Part shown: piece by piece, positions 20,744 to 30,462 of the stretch
Position numbering within the stretch: position 1 is the stretch's first letter
Layout: each line of letters opens with the position of its first letter
Assembly: GCA_963693055.1 (NCBI GenBank)
Contig: OY843751.1
Span: 5,664,001 to 5,728,000, forward strand
Source of the DNA: a bacterium
GTDB lineage: Bacteria > Zhuqueibacterota > Zhuqueibacteria > Residuimicrobiales > Krinioviventaceae
DNA: 64,000 nucleotides
Direction of reading: 5' to 3'
Made by a program: the position numbers and the translations under genes
Notes under the pieces: generated by a model
What the model saw: only the letters and a program-made list of their open reading frames with translations
Databases searched by the model: none
What the model was told of the DNA's origin: nothing

Positions 20744-21688
20744 TTATTTTACCAGCGTCATCTTTTGCACAAAAGCAGTCTTTCCACTGGTAAGTTTATA
20801 AAAATAAATCCCGCTTGCCAAGCCATCAGCATCAAAATTCGCAGTATATTCACCCTGAGCTTGGTTGCTTTTGACAAGGGCTTTAACCAATCTCCCGTTC
20901 GAATCGAAAACCTCTAATGTCACCATCTGCGTTTCTGGCACTTTGTACTGAATGCGGGTGCTGTTGTTAAAGGGATTGGGATAATTCTGATTCAGCTTGA
21001 AAACAGCAGGTGCTTTGTAAGTATCTTGCTCTATGGTTGTTGTTGGATTAAAATGCAATGCATAAAGTGTGGATTCAAAACTGAGCTGATAAATAAAATT
21101 ACCGTAATAATACGAATCGGTAATATAATAAACAGCGCATGCCGTATTTTCAACCATAACAAAGTAACTATCCAGAACCAGTTCTGTTCCACCACTGAAA
21201 AAGGATTGTACATAATGCTGACCAGCATTGCCATATGAGGAATCTGGCTCATTTATCAGGATCTCATAATTATAGCTGTCCCCCAGGGCCTGGAATTCTT
21301 CCTGCATTTTTTCTGTAAAACCATCAAGAGAAGCATAGGGTTTCTCTGAGACGAAATGAAAAAATGAGGGCAAATTGGGGAAAAAGTCGTCAATGGGCAG
21401 GTAATCGATCTCCATTCTTATGGTAGAACTGGTATCCGATCTAAAGTCAAAATAACACTTGTTGAACAATTGCCATTCAAACAAACCAGAAGGTTCATAA
21501 ATAAAAGAGTATGGAATACTGCCATTAACCAAATCGATCTGATTTGCAAAAGGTTCAGTCTCTTGAGTGGATTGCATATTTTGCAGCTTGTCTACCAACT
21601 TGTTTATACTATTCATCTCCTCCGAAGCAAAACCCATAGCATTTATCAAAAATAAACAAGCACTCATAAACAGTATCACTTGTTTCAT
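20744..21688 (-). CDS. T9SS type-A sorting domain protein (secreted, unknown N-terminal domain)
   Basis: Signal peptide plus C-terminal LNQNYPNPFN...LASGIYFYKL...KMTLVK sorting domain. Confidence 0.85.
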   Translation of the reverse strand: MKQVILFMSACLFLINAMGFASEEMNSINKLVDKLQNMQSTQETEPFANQIDLVNGSIPYSFIYEPSGLFEWQLFNKCYFDFRSDTSSTIRMEIDYLPIDDFFPNLPSFFHFVSEKPYASLDGFTEKMQEEFQALGDSYNYEILINEPDSSYGNAGQHYVQSFFSGGTELVLDSYFVMVENTACAVYYITDSYYYGNFIYQLSFESTLYALHFNPTTTIEQDTYKAPAVFKLNQNYPNPFNNSTRIQYKVPETQMVTLEVFDSNGRLVKALVKSNQAQGEYTANFDADGLASGIYFYKLTSGKTAFVQKMTLVK

Positions 21689-21942
21689 ATTATCCTCCTA
21701 ATTGAAAGGTATTTACAATTATGGAATTAAACTGTAACTATAAATACGAGTTTAGAACCCAGAGGTTACATCAATGTACAAATTATTGCTCAAGTGTAAG
21801 CATTATACCCTTAATCCTTTCCCCCTGTCGGACATGCAACATTTAAGTGCAATTTGATAAAAAAAAATTTTTCTCTGTTTTTTTTCGTTTTTTTTAATTA
21901 TACTAAAAGTTAGTAGTTTAATGACAACCCTTCAGGACCAGC

Positions 21943-23262
21943 ATGAATATTGCAGAACAATTAAAAAAATCCGGAGTTGTTGGCGCAGGAGGCGCCGGAT
22001 TCCCCACCCATGTAAAAATGTCTTCCAAAGTGGACACATTTCTCATCAATGGAGCAGAATGCGAACCGTTGATGCATAAAGACAGAGAACTTTTAACCCA
22101 TTTCTCCAAAGAATTGGTTGAAGGCATCAAGATAGCTTATAAAACCCTGGGTGCTAAAAAAGCGGTTATCGGCATTAAATCTAAAAACGCCAAAGCGATT
22201 AAAGCAGTCAAAGCCGCAATTGATGATCCCAATATCTCCATTCATGAGTTTGGAGATTTTTATCCGGTTGGAGATGAATACGAACTCGTATATGGCATTA
22301 CCGGAAAACTCATTCCACCTCAGGGTCTTCCCCTGGATGTAGGCTGTGTAGTAAACAATGTTGAAACGGTAATCAATATATATAAAGCCAGCAAAAACCA
22401 ACCCGTAACAGACACTTTTTTAACCATCACCGGTCTTGTCAAAAATCCACTAACAACCTGGGTGCCAATTGGCATGCCGGTATCAAAAGTATTAGAAATT
22501 GCAGGCGGCCCTACGGTTTCTGAATACGGCATTATGGAAAGCGGATTAATGATGGGTAAACTGATCAAAGACTTTAATCAGCCCGTCACTAAAACCACTG
22601 GTGGATTGATTGTTTTACCCGCCGATCATAATTTGATACAACGTTATAGTACAACTCCAAAGCAACAATCACGAATCGGGCATTCGGCATGCGATCAGTG
22701 CAGTTATTGTACAGAATTGTGTCCCCGTTACATGCTGGGTTATGATGTACAGCCTCATCTGGTCATGCGCAGTCTGGGTTTTACCGTAACCGGACCAGAA
22801 TTATGGAACCAATACGCTTTATTGTGCTGTCAATGTGGTATCTGTACTTTATATTCTTGCCCTGAGGGCTTGTATCCCCGTGAAGCATGTGGCAAAGGCA
22901 TGGCAGACTTGCGCGAATTAGGTAAAGGGAAATGGGAAGGTAACAAGCAACCCAAGGTCCACCCCATGCATGATCACCGCAGGTTACCACTAAAACAATT
23001 AAAGAACCGTTTAGGCGTTACACAATATGAAGCAGAAGCAGAATATACTGAATTAGACATAAAACCTGATAAAGTAGTTATTCCTTTAAAACAGCACGTT
23101 GGCGTTCCATCAACTCCTTTAGTTAAAACTGGAGACAGTGTAAAAAAAGGTCAGGAAATTGCAACAATAGCTGAAAAAGATCTTGGTGTTTTTATTCATG
23201 CCAGCATAGACGGACATGTTACAGTAGTAAATGAAAAAGAAATTGTGATTGAAAGGAAATAA
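21943..23262 (+). CDS. pduS: PduS/RnfC-like FMN- and 4Fe-4S-binding oxidoreductase
   Basis: GVVGAGGAGFPT, NGAECEP, SLBB region, CDQCSYCTELCP and CCQCGICTLYSCP, C-terminal PLKQHVG...HASIDG. This domain order is PduS-like. Confidence 0.8.
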   Translation: MNIAEQLKKSGVVGAGGAGFPTHVKMSSKVDTFLINGAECEPLMHKDRELLTHFSKELVEGIKIAYKTLGAKKAVIGIKSKNAKAIKAVKAAIDDPNISIHEFGDFYPVGDEYELVYGITGKLIPPQGLPLDVGCVVNNVETVINIYKASKNQPVTDTFLTITGLVKNPLTTWVPIGMPVSKVLEIAGGPTVSEYGIMESGLMMGKLIKDFNQPVTKTTGGLIVLPADHNLIQRYSTTPKQQSRIGHSACDQCSYCTELCPRYMLGYDVQPHLVMRSLGFTVTGPELWNQYALLCCQCGICTLYSCPEGLYPREACGKGMADLRELGKGKWEGNKQPKVHPMHDHRRLPLKQLKNRLGVTQYEAEAEYTELDIKPDKVVIPLKQHVGVPSTPLVKTGDSVKKGQEIATIAEKDLGVFIHASIDGHVTVVNEKEIVIERK

Positions 23263-23265
23263 TAG

Positions 23266-23817
23266 ATGCAAAAAAATGCCATCGGCATGATAGAATTAAA
23301 CAGCATAGCCGCCGGAATAGATGTGACGGATACGATGTTAAAAACTTCTAATGTTGAATTGATTATTTCTCGTTCCATATGTTCCGGTAAATACATGGTC
23401 ATTGTTGGCGGTGATGTTGCCGCAGTTCGCTCAAGCGTTGAAGCAGGTGTTGGCAAGTGGCAAGGTGCGGTTATTGACCATATATTATTATCAAACATTG
23501 ATCCTCAGGTTATGCCTGCATTAGCGGGTGCAAACCAGGTAGAAATGTTGGGTGCTTTGGGCATTATAGAATCTTTTTCAGTTTCATCATTACTTGAAGC
23601 TGCTGATGCAGCAGTCAAGGCAGCAAATATTAGTTTGTTGGAAATTCGCCTGGCAATGGCTTTAGGTGGAAAAGCTTTTGTAACATTAACCGGTACCATC
23701 GGAAATGTAAGGGCAGCTGTTGATGCGGGCTCCGCTATTGTATCAGACAAGGGATTACTGGTCAACAAGGTTGTTATCCCAGCACCAAGTAAGGAATTGT
23801 ATAAAGATTATATTTAA
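23266..23817 (+). CDS. pduT: Tandem-BMC-domain shell protein, PduT-like
   Basis: AIGMIELNSIAAG...ICSGKY (Fe-S ligand Cys retained). Second domain ALGIIES...AADAAVKAA...LGGKAF. Confidence 0.85.
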   Translation: MQKNAIGMIELNSIAAGIDVTDTMLKTSNVELIISRSICSGKYMVIVGGDVAAVRSSVEAGVGKWQGAVIDHILLSNIDPQVMPALAGANQVEMLGALGIIESFSVSSLLEAADAAVKAANISLLEIRLAMALGGKAFVTLTGTIGNVRAAVDAGSAIVSDKGLLVNKVVIPAPSKELYKDYI

Positions 23818-23935
23818 TACCAATACCTGCAAAGTAAGAAAATTTTTAAAATTTTGATTTCGTGATTTGTTCCGATAATTAATAAATCCGGTTTTGCAGT
23901 ATTTTTAAGCATGATCGACTTGATCTTAATTATAC

Positions 23936-26900
23936 ATGGTGGGGACCATGAAAATTGATTTAAAAATCATGTCTGGGGCCATCGGATTTGGCATAGCAGT
24001 ATGGATAATTGACACTGCAATGGATTATTATTTCTTTTATGATAATTCTTTTCCAAATTTATTATACTCACATATTCCACCACACGAATTATATATCAGA
24101 ACTATAATTCTCTTGTTATTCGTAATATTTGGTATTCTAGTCTCACTCATTTCTGGTCGTCAAAAACGGATTCAGGAAAACCTTCGGGTTACCTTGAAAT
24201 CCATTGGAGATGCATTTATAGCAACAGATGCTTTTGGTAATATTACAGAAATGAATCCGGTTGCTGAAAAATTAACCGGCTGGACCATAAAAGAAGCAAA
24301 AAACCAACCCGTTTCAAATGTCTTTCATATAATAAATGCCAAGACTAGAGACTCTGTAGAAAACCCTGTATTTCGGGTATTAAAAGAAGGCAAGATAATT
24401 GGCCTTGCCAACCATACGGTCTTAATATCCAAAGATGGAACAGAAAGACAAATTGCTGACAGTGGTGCGCCTATCATGTCTGAGAATGGAGATATTCTGG
24501 GTGTTGTATTAATCTTTAGAGATGTTACAGAAGAATATAAACTCCAAAACGAAATTCAGAAAAACGAACAATTCCTAAAAGGAATTTTTGAAAGTATTCA
24601 GGATGGGCTTCTTGTACTCAACCCAGATCTTACAATCAGGCACTCAAACCAAACCATGAAAAAATGGTATGAACATCAATTACCCCATGAAGGGAAAATA
24701 TGTTACCAATGCTTTCATGGAAAAGATAAAAGTTGCAATAATTGCCCCGCTCTTAGATGTATGGAAACATTAAAAACCGAAAGACACATTGTTAAAAATG
24801 AAAAAGGGTCCATGACAGATTGGGTAGAAATATTCAGCTATCCTGTTATTGACTCAAAAACCAATACTGTGACATCTGTCATAGAATTTGTTCGAAACAT
24901 TACAGAACAGGTCAGACAAAACAAACAAATTGAGCGTTTAAACAGGGTTCTAAGAGGTATAAGAAATGTAAATCAATTGATTACAGTAGAAAAAGACAGA
25001 CAAAAGCTGATTGAACAAACATGTAAAGAATTAACCAAAACACAAGGTTATACAGCATCTTGGATTTTATTGCTTGATGAAAACAATAACATTATTGAAC
25101 ATGCCAAGTCGGGTATAGGAGAAAACTTTAAAGATTTTATTGAACAACAACATCAGAGTATGCATGATTGTATTCAAGACGTGTTAAATGATCCCAATAT
25201 TACAGAGTTTAATAAACCCCTGAGTTATTGCAAAGATTGCTCTCTTTCAAACATTGAGCCCAATGGCTTTATCATGCAAACCCGCCTTGAACATGACAAT
25301 AATATGATGGGTTTACTAATGGTTGCTCTGCCTACAGATGATCTTGATGATGAAGAAAGAGAATTGTTCCAGGAAGTTTCGAACGATATTGCATTGGCAC
25401 TATATAATATTAATATTTCTGAAGAAAAAAATATTGCTATTGCTGCATTACACGAAAGTGAAATTCAGTTTAGAAATGTAATCCAATCATCTCCCCTGGG
25501 CACGTTTATTTATAAACTTGATGATCAAAACAAACTTGTTTTTTCTGGAACAAACCCGGCTGCTGATAAAATATTAGGCATTGATACAAAACAATTCATT
25601 GGGCTCACAATAGAAGAAGCTTTTCCCCCACTCCTGGAAACAAATATTATTGACATTTATTATAAAATAGCCCAAGATGGTAGTTCATGGACATCGGAAA
25701 AAGTGGAATATGACGCTGGTGATATCAAAGGTGTTTATGAATTATATGCATATCAAACATTTCCCGGATCAATGGCCGTCCACTTTATGGATATAACCGA
25801 CCGAAAACTGGCTGAAAATATCCTGATTGAAAGCGAACAAAGATACCGTCTATTGGCAGAAACTGCCCATGACCTCATTTGTATTCATGACATGGAAGGT
25901 AACATTGAATATCTGAATGCGTCTGCCAAAAAAATGCTTTGCAATAGAAAAAACATGAATGATAAATTAAACATATTGGATTTTATTCCGGATGATGAAA
26001 AACAGGCTGTAATCAATCGCAGTAAAAAAAGAAGAACCGGAGATACCGGCATTAATCTTTATACCGCAGTGTATATGGATCAAAACAACCAAAGACGCAT
26101 TATGGAAGTCAGTTCGTCTCCCATTATAATAAATCAAGACACTCAAAAAATACTGATCGTAGCGCGCGATAATACAGAAAAACATCAGGTACAACAAGCA
26201 CTAAAAGAAAGTGAAAAACGATACGAACTGGTTCTTGAAGGTGCAGAATTGGGAACCTGGGACTGGTTTGTGCAAACAGATCAATTCACGGTTGATCAAA
26301 GATGGGCAGAAATAGTTGGTTATTCTCTCGATGAATTAAACGCAGATAATAATACAGATTTATGGACGGATCTCTCACACCCTGATGATCGTAAAAAATC
26401 AAACACATTAATAGCGAAACATTTCAATGGCGAAATTGAAAACTATGAATGTGAAATCAGGATGAAACACAAAAACGGTCATTGGGTTTGGGTTTTAGAC
26501 AGAGGCAAAGTTGTTGAATGGGACAATAAAGGTAAACCAGCAAGAATGTCTGGAACACACCTTGACATTACACAACATAAAACAATTCAAGCAACTCTTG
26601 ATTTGGTTATTGAAGGTACCAAACATTCAACCGGGGATCTGTTTTTCCGTAATCTGGTATTGGGTCTTGCCAAGGCATTTGATGTTGAATTTGTTTTTAC
26701 CGGAAAATATCTTTCTAATGAAAAAAAAATAACTTCAATATCAAGCTGTAAAAATCAAAAAATCATAGACAACTTTGAGGTTAAAATCAGCAATACTCCG
26801 GTTTATGAAGTTATTCATAAAGGCAAAGTAGTTTATACGCATAATGTACAACAAATCTTTCCTCTTGATAGAAATTTAAAAAAATACAATATCGACAGTT

Positions 26901-28438
26901 TTATGGGTACACCGTTAACAACAACTGACGGTGAGTGTATAGGTATACTTGCAATTATGGATACAAAACCCATTAAAGACTCTGTACAAACACAAAACAT
27001 TTTGGAAACCTTTGCAGACAGAGCATCTGCCGAACTGGAAAGAATTTATACAGAACAGGCTCTGCGTGAAAGTGAAGAGAAATACAGATTATTAATTGAA
27101 AATCAAACAGATATGGTAACCAAAGTTGATACAAACGGTTACTTTATGTTTGTAAGTCACTCTTTTTGTGAAATTTTTGGTAAAACCGAATCTGAATTAA
27201 TAGGCAAGCAATTTCTACCACATATTCACAAAGAAGACCGGGAAAAAGCAACACGGGCAATGGAGACCCTGAACAAACCACCTTACTCTTGCTATATAGA
27301 ACAACGTTATATGACACGTAAAGGGATGCGTTGGTTAGGTTGGTCTTATAAATCGGTCCTTGATAAAAATAATAATGTTATTTCAGTCATCGGTGTAGGT
27401 AGAGATGTTAATGAACGGGTTATTGCAGAAAACCAGCTATCTGTTAGTAAAGCCCGGTTAGAAGCACTGATACAATCTTCCCCTTCTGCTATTATCGCTC
27501 TCAATTCTGATGGTGTTGTAATACTTTGGAATCCCGCAGCTGAACGTATTTTCGGTTGGAAAGCTGAAGAAGTCATTGGAAATTTTAATCCATTAATGCC
27601 CAAAGATAAAATATTGTCTTTTAAAAACCGCTTGAAAAACAAATTGTATAATTTTGAAACCATTGAAGAATTAAAAAGATTACACAAAGACGGTACGCTT
27701 ATTGATGTCAGCTTGGCATCCGGTCCATTAAAAGATGAAAAAGGCAACATTATTGGCATGACAGGTATTTTTACAGATATTACCGAAAGAAAACAAGCTG
27801 AAAAAATGATCAAACAATCACTTTTAGAAAAAGAAGTGCTGTTAAAAGAAATCCATCATCGCGTTAAAAACAATATGGCAATAATAACCGGACTATTGAA
27901 TCTACAATCCAATGCAATCAAGAGCAAAACCAACATTGCCGATGCATTCAAAGAAAGCGTGAACCGCATCCGCTCAATGGCTCTGGTCCACGAAAAACTG
28001 TACAAGTCGGATGATTTTAGCAAAATCGAATTCAGAGAATACATTCAATCCATGGCCAATGAACTGGTACGATCTTATGATATCTATAACAAAGTAAATG
28101 TCGTTTATGATCTTGAAGACGTTGAACTGGATATCAACCAGGCAATCCCTTGCGGTTTGATTCTTAACGAATTGGTAACCAATTCTCTTAAACATGCTTT
28201 TCCCAACAAAGATAAAGGCACATTGTGGATACAATTAACCATCCTTTCTTCTAACCTGCTTCAACTCTCTGTCAAGGATGATGGCATAGGCTGTAAAGAA
28301 GAAAAAATTGAAAACTCTAACACCCTTGGTATTCAGCTTGTTAAAAATTTATCACAACAGATTCACGGTAAAATGGAATATACGTGTGATAATGGGTCTC
28401 AATTTAATATTTCTTTCCCCGGCTTTCCTAAAAATTAA
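23936..28438 (+). CDS. Membrane-anchored multi-PAS/GAF sensor histidine kinase (HisKA_2 type)
   Basis: Two N-terminal TM helices, many PAS/PAC repeats, two GAF-like segments, EIHHRVKNN, ELVTNSLKHAF and DDGIG. Confidence 0.92.
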   Translation: MVGTMKIDLKIMSGAIGFGIAVWIIDTAMDYYFFYDNSFPNLLYSHIPPHELYIRTIILLLFVIFGILVSLISGRQKRIQENLRVTLKSIGDAFIATDAFGNITEMNPVAEKLTGWTIKEAKNQPVSNVFHIINAKTRDSVENPVFRVLKEGKIIGLANHTVLISKDGTERQIADSGAPIMSENGDILGVVLIFRDVTEEYKLQNEIQKNEQFLKGIFESIQDGLLVLNPDLTIRHSNQTMKKWYEHQLPHEGKICYQCFHGKDKSCNNCPALRCMETLKTERHIVKNEKGSMTDWVEIFSYPVIDSKTNTVTSVIEFVRNITEQVRQNKQIERLNRVLRGIRNVNQLITVEKDRQKLIEQTCKELTKTQGYTASWILLLDENNNIIEHAKSGIGENFKDFIEQQHQSMHDCIQDVLNDPNITEFNKPLSYCKDCSLSNIEPNGFIMQTRLEHDNNMMGLLMVALPTDDLDDEERELFQEVSNDIALALYNINISEEKNIAIAALHESEIQFRNVIQSSPLGTFIYKLDDQNKLVFSGTNPAADKILGIDTKQFIGLTIEEAFPPLLETNIIDIYYKIAQDGSSWTSEKVEYDAGDIKGVYELYAYQTFPGSMAVHFMDITDRKLAENILIESEQRYRLLAETAHDLICIHDMEGNIEYLNASAKKMLCNRKNMNDKLNILDFIPDDEKQAVINRSKKRRTGDTGINLYTAVYMDQNNQRRIMEVSSSPIIINQDTQKILIVARDNTEKHQVQQALKESEKRYELVLEGAELGTWDWFVQTDQFTVDQRWAEIVGYSLDELNADNNTDLWTDLSHPDDRKKSNTLIAKHFNGEIENYECEIRMKHKNGHWVWVLDRGKVVEWDNKGKPARMSGTHLDITQHKTIQATLDLVIEGTKHSTGDLFFRNLVLGLAKAFDVEFVFTGKYLSNEKKITSISSCKNQKIIDNFEVKISNTPVYEVIHKGKVVYTHNVQQIFPLDRNLKKYNIDSFMGTPLTTTDGECIGILAIMDTKPIKDSVQTQNILETFADRASAELERIYTEQALRESEEKYRLLIENQTDMVTKVDTNGYFMFVSHSFCEIFGKTESELIGKQFLPHIHKEDREKATRAMETLNKPPYSCYIEQRYMTRKGMRWLGWSYKSVLDKNNNVISVIGVGRDVNERVIAENQLSVSKARLEALIQSSPSAIIALNSDGVVILWNPAAERIFGWKAEEVIGNFNPLMPKDKILSFKNRLKNKLYNFETIEELKRLHKDGTLIDVSLASGPLKDEKGNIIGMTGIFTDITERKQAEKMIKQSLLEKEVLLKEIHHRVKNNMAIITGLLNLQSNAIKSKTNIADAFKESVNRIRSMALVHEKLYKSDDFSKIEFREYIQSMANELVRSYDIYNKVNVVYDLEDVELDINQAIPCGLILNELVTNSLKHAFPNKDKGTLWIQLTILSSNLLQLSVKDDGIGCKEEKIENSNTLGIQLVKNLSQQIHGKMEYTCDNGSQFNISFPGFPKN

Positions 28439-28522
28439 TTCTATTCACACAAACACTTGCATTACACGATTTTATTTATTTATTTACAATATCTGTTAAT
28501 CTTAAACTACCAAGGTACGTAT

Positions 28523-29272
28523 ATGAATGAAATAAATGTAATAAATAATATTGGACAAATATTGGGTCTGGAACTTAAACAACTTGATCCACAGGATATT
28601 ATGGACAATGATGCGTTTCTCCGCAAAAAAGGGGAATACCAACACGATTCAATTCTTTTAAGAGGATTTAGTATTCTAGGTAATAATGTAACAACGTTGT
28701 GTCTGGATTATCTGCAATTGGATGAAAACATTATTAAACTGCTGCTACAGTTGGAAAACCTGGAGAACCTGAGCCTGCGTGGTACATTGATAGAGTCTTT
28801 TTCTTTTTTAGAAAAGATGAAAAACATCAGCATTCTGGATCTGTCTTTTAACCAGCTTGAAGATATATGGTTCTTGAAAGATATGAAAAACCTGACAGCT
28901 TTATATCTGAGTTACAATATGATTAGAAAAGGGAAATATCTTGCAGATATGGAAAACCTGACAGCCTTGGACTTGAGTGCAAATCAAATTGAAGATTACA
29001 GTTTTCTTGAAACTCTAAAAAACTTGAAATGCCTGTATTTGAGTTACAATCAACTTGAGGATGCGTCTTTTTTAAAATCTCTGAACACGCTTGAACATCT
29101 GGATCTCAGTAAAAATCAGATTAATGATACTTCTTTTTTAGCGGCTCTTCCCAATCTGACATCGCTGGATCTAAGTGAGAATGGAATTACAGATACATCT
29201 TTTTTAAAATCACTAAAAAAACTAAAATCTTTTTCAATACATGAAAACCCGGTCATTGATCCGTTAAAATAA
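28523..29272 (+). CDS. Cytoplasmic leucine-rich-repeat protein
   Basis: About 7-8 repeats of 22 aa, LxxLxLSxNQ(I/L)xDxSFL; no signal peptide. Confidence 0.85.
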   Translation: MNEINVINNIGQILGLELKQLDPQDIMDNDAFLRKKGEYQHDSILLRGFSILGNNVTTLCLDYLQLDENIIKLLLQLENLENLSLRGTLIESFSFLEKMKNISILDLSFNQLEDIWFLKDMKNLTALYLSYNMIRKGKYLADMENLTALDLSANQIEDYSFLETLKNLKCLYLSYNQLEDASFLKSLNTLEHLDLSKNQINDTSFLAALPNLTSLDLSENGITDTSFLKSLKKLKSFSIHENPVIDPLK

Positions 29273-29295
29273 ACCTCCCGACAGAATCGGGAGGT
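29273..29295. terminator. Terminator hairpin between convergent genes
   Basis: ACCTCCCGA-cagaa-TCGGGAGGT flanked by A runs. Confidence 0.7.
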
Positions 29296-29303
29296 AAAAT
29301 ATC

Positions 29304-30167
29304 TTAACCATTTAAAAGGGTATTCATATTATTAAAACTGGTTGTTATGGCTTCCAGAACAGAACCTTCGCATCTGTCCTGTTCTACAATGAACCATTCC
29401 ACACCAATTTCACGCGCGATCTTGACAATTGCGGGAAAATCCATAATACCTGTGCCAACAGGTGCAAAGCTGCCTTTTTCATCAGCAGCCATGTCTTTCA
29501 TGTGCAGCATGGTACAGCGGTCTTTATAAGTTTTCATATATTCTACCGGATCCAATCCGCCTTTTTTTACCCAGAACAAATCCGCTTCCAGCTTGACCAG
29601 ATCAGGCTGTGTATTTTCAAGCATAATATCGTACAGATACTTGCCGACCACGGTTTCAAATTCAAAAGCGTGATTATGATAGGCTAACTGCATTCCCGCT
29701 TTATTAATGGCTTGACCAAATGTATTCATCTGCTCACCAAAAGCTTTGATTCCATCAACACCGCCATCACGGAATTTACGCGGCATAGAGGGACAAACGA
29801 TTTGTTTGTTGCCCAATTCCAGATTATATTCGATTGTTTTCTGTAAATCCCCTTCCAACGCACCAAATCCGGTATGGGTACCGGCACAAACCACACCCAG
29901 TTCATCAATTAATGCCTTGACTTCTTTAGCGGTCATGCCGCCGTAACCGGCAAATTCAAATGCATTGTAACCGATGCCGGCCACTTTACGCAATGTACCT
30001 GCAAAATCTTCTTTTGTCAATTCGCGTACAGTATATAACTGAATGCCGACCAGGGTTTCTTTTTTCGCTTGTGGTGCGCTGCAGCCAGTCAAGCCCAAGC
30101 CCAATGCGGCACCTGCGGCTGCCATGTGTTTACCAAAATCACGACGCGATATATTATTTGCTTTCAT
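29304..30167 (-). CDS. Tat-exported sugar phosphate isomerase/epimerase (xylose-isomerase-like TIM barrel)
   Basis: SRRDF twin-arginine signal and lipobox LTGC; GIQLYTVR, YHNHAFEF, HMKD and IVEQD. Confidence 0.88.
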   Translation of the reverse strand: MKANNISRRDFGKHMAAAGAALGLGLTGCSAPQAKKETLVGIQLYTVRELTKEDFAGTLRKVAGIGYNAFEFAGYGGMTAKEVKALIDELGVVCAGTHTGFGALEGDLQKTIEYNLELGNKQIVCPSMPRKFRDGGVDGIKAFGEQMNTFGQAINKAGMQLAYHNHAFEFETVVGKYLYDIMLENTQPDLVKLEADLFWVKKGGLDPVEYMKTYKDRCTMLHMKDMAADEKGSFAPVGTGIMDFPAIVKIAREIGVEWFIVEQDRCEGSVLEAITTSFNNMNTLLNG

Positions 30168-30342
30168 ACCTCTCCTCTCCTCTTGCATTATATTAAATTT
30201 CGTTTGTATAATATACAACAGATAGGGATTAAATGTGAAAAAAAAATGTTGACATTATTTAAAAAATTTATTTATTTAGAAAATAATAGGTGCAAGTTTT
30301 TTTCAATTATTTTTTGCAATTAAAAAATTTTTTAAGTCAATA

Positions 30343-30410
30343 AAAAATCCTACCCTTGGCAGTACGCTCTTTCAACAATCCGGAAAAAGCCGATCCCAGG
30401 GGTATTTTTT
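30343..30410. other. Long imperfect hairpin (possible structured RNA or terminator) upstream of the Mrr-ImmA gene
   Basis: TACCCTTGG...CCAGGGGTA outer stem with inner GCTCTTTC/GAAAAAGC pairing; A6 and T6+ flanks. Confidence 0.45.
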
Positions 30411-30462
30411 TAACACTTTTCCTATTCATATCAAAAAATACTAATCTAACTTAATTAAGAAT

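Noticed and set aside
21943-23262. Rnf complex subunit RnfC
   Set aside because: No rnfDGEAB genes nearby. The C-terminal barrel-sandwich position and adjacent BMC gene fit PduS better.
30343-30410. SRP RNA or a known riboswitch
   Set aside because: Lacks the SRP CAGG-GRAA-AGCAG core and the SAM, TPP, cobalamin or c-di-GMP consensus I can recognise. Kept only as an unknown hairpin.
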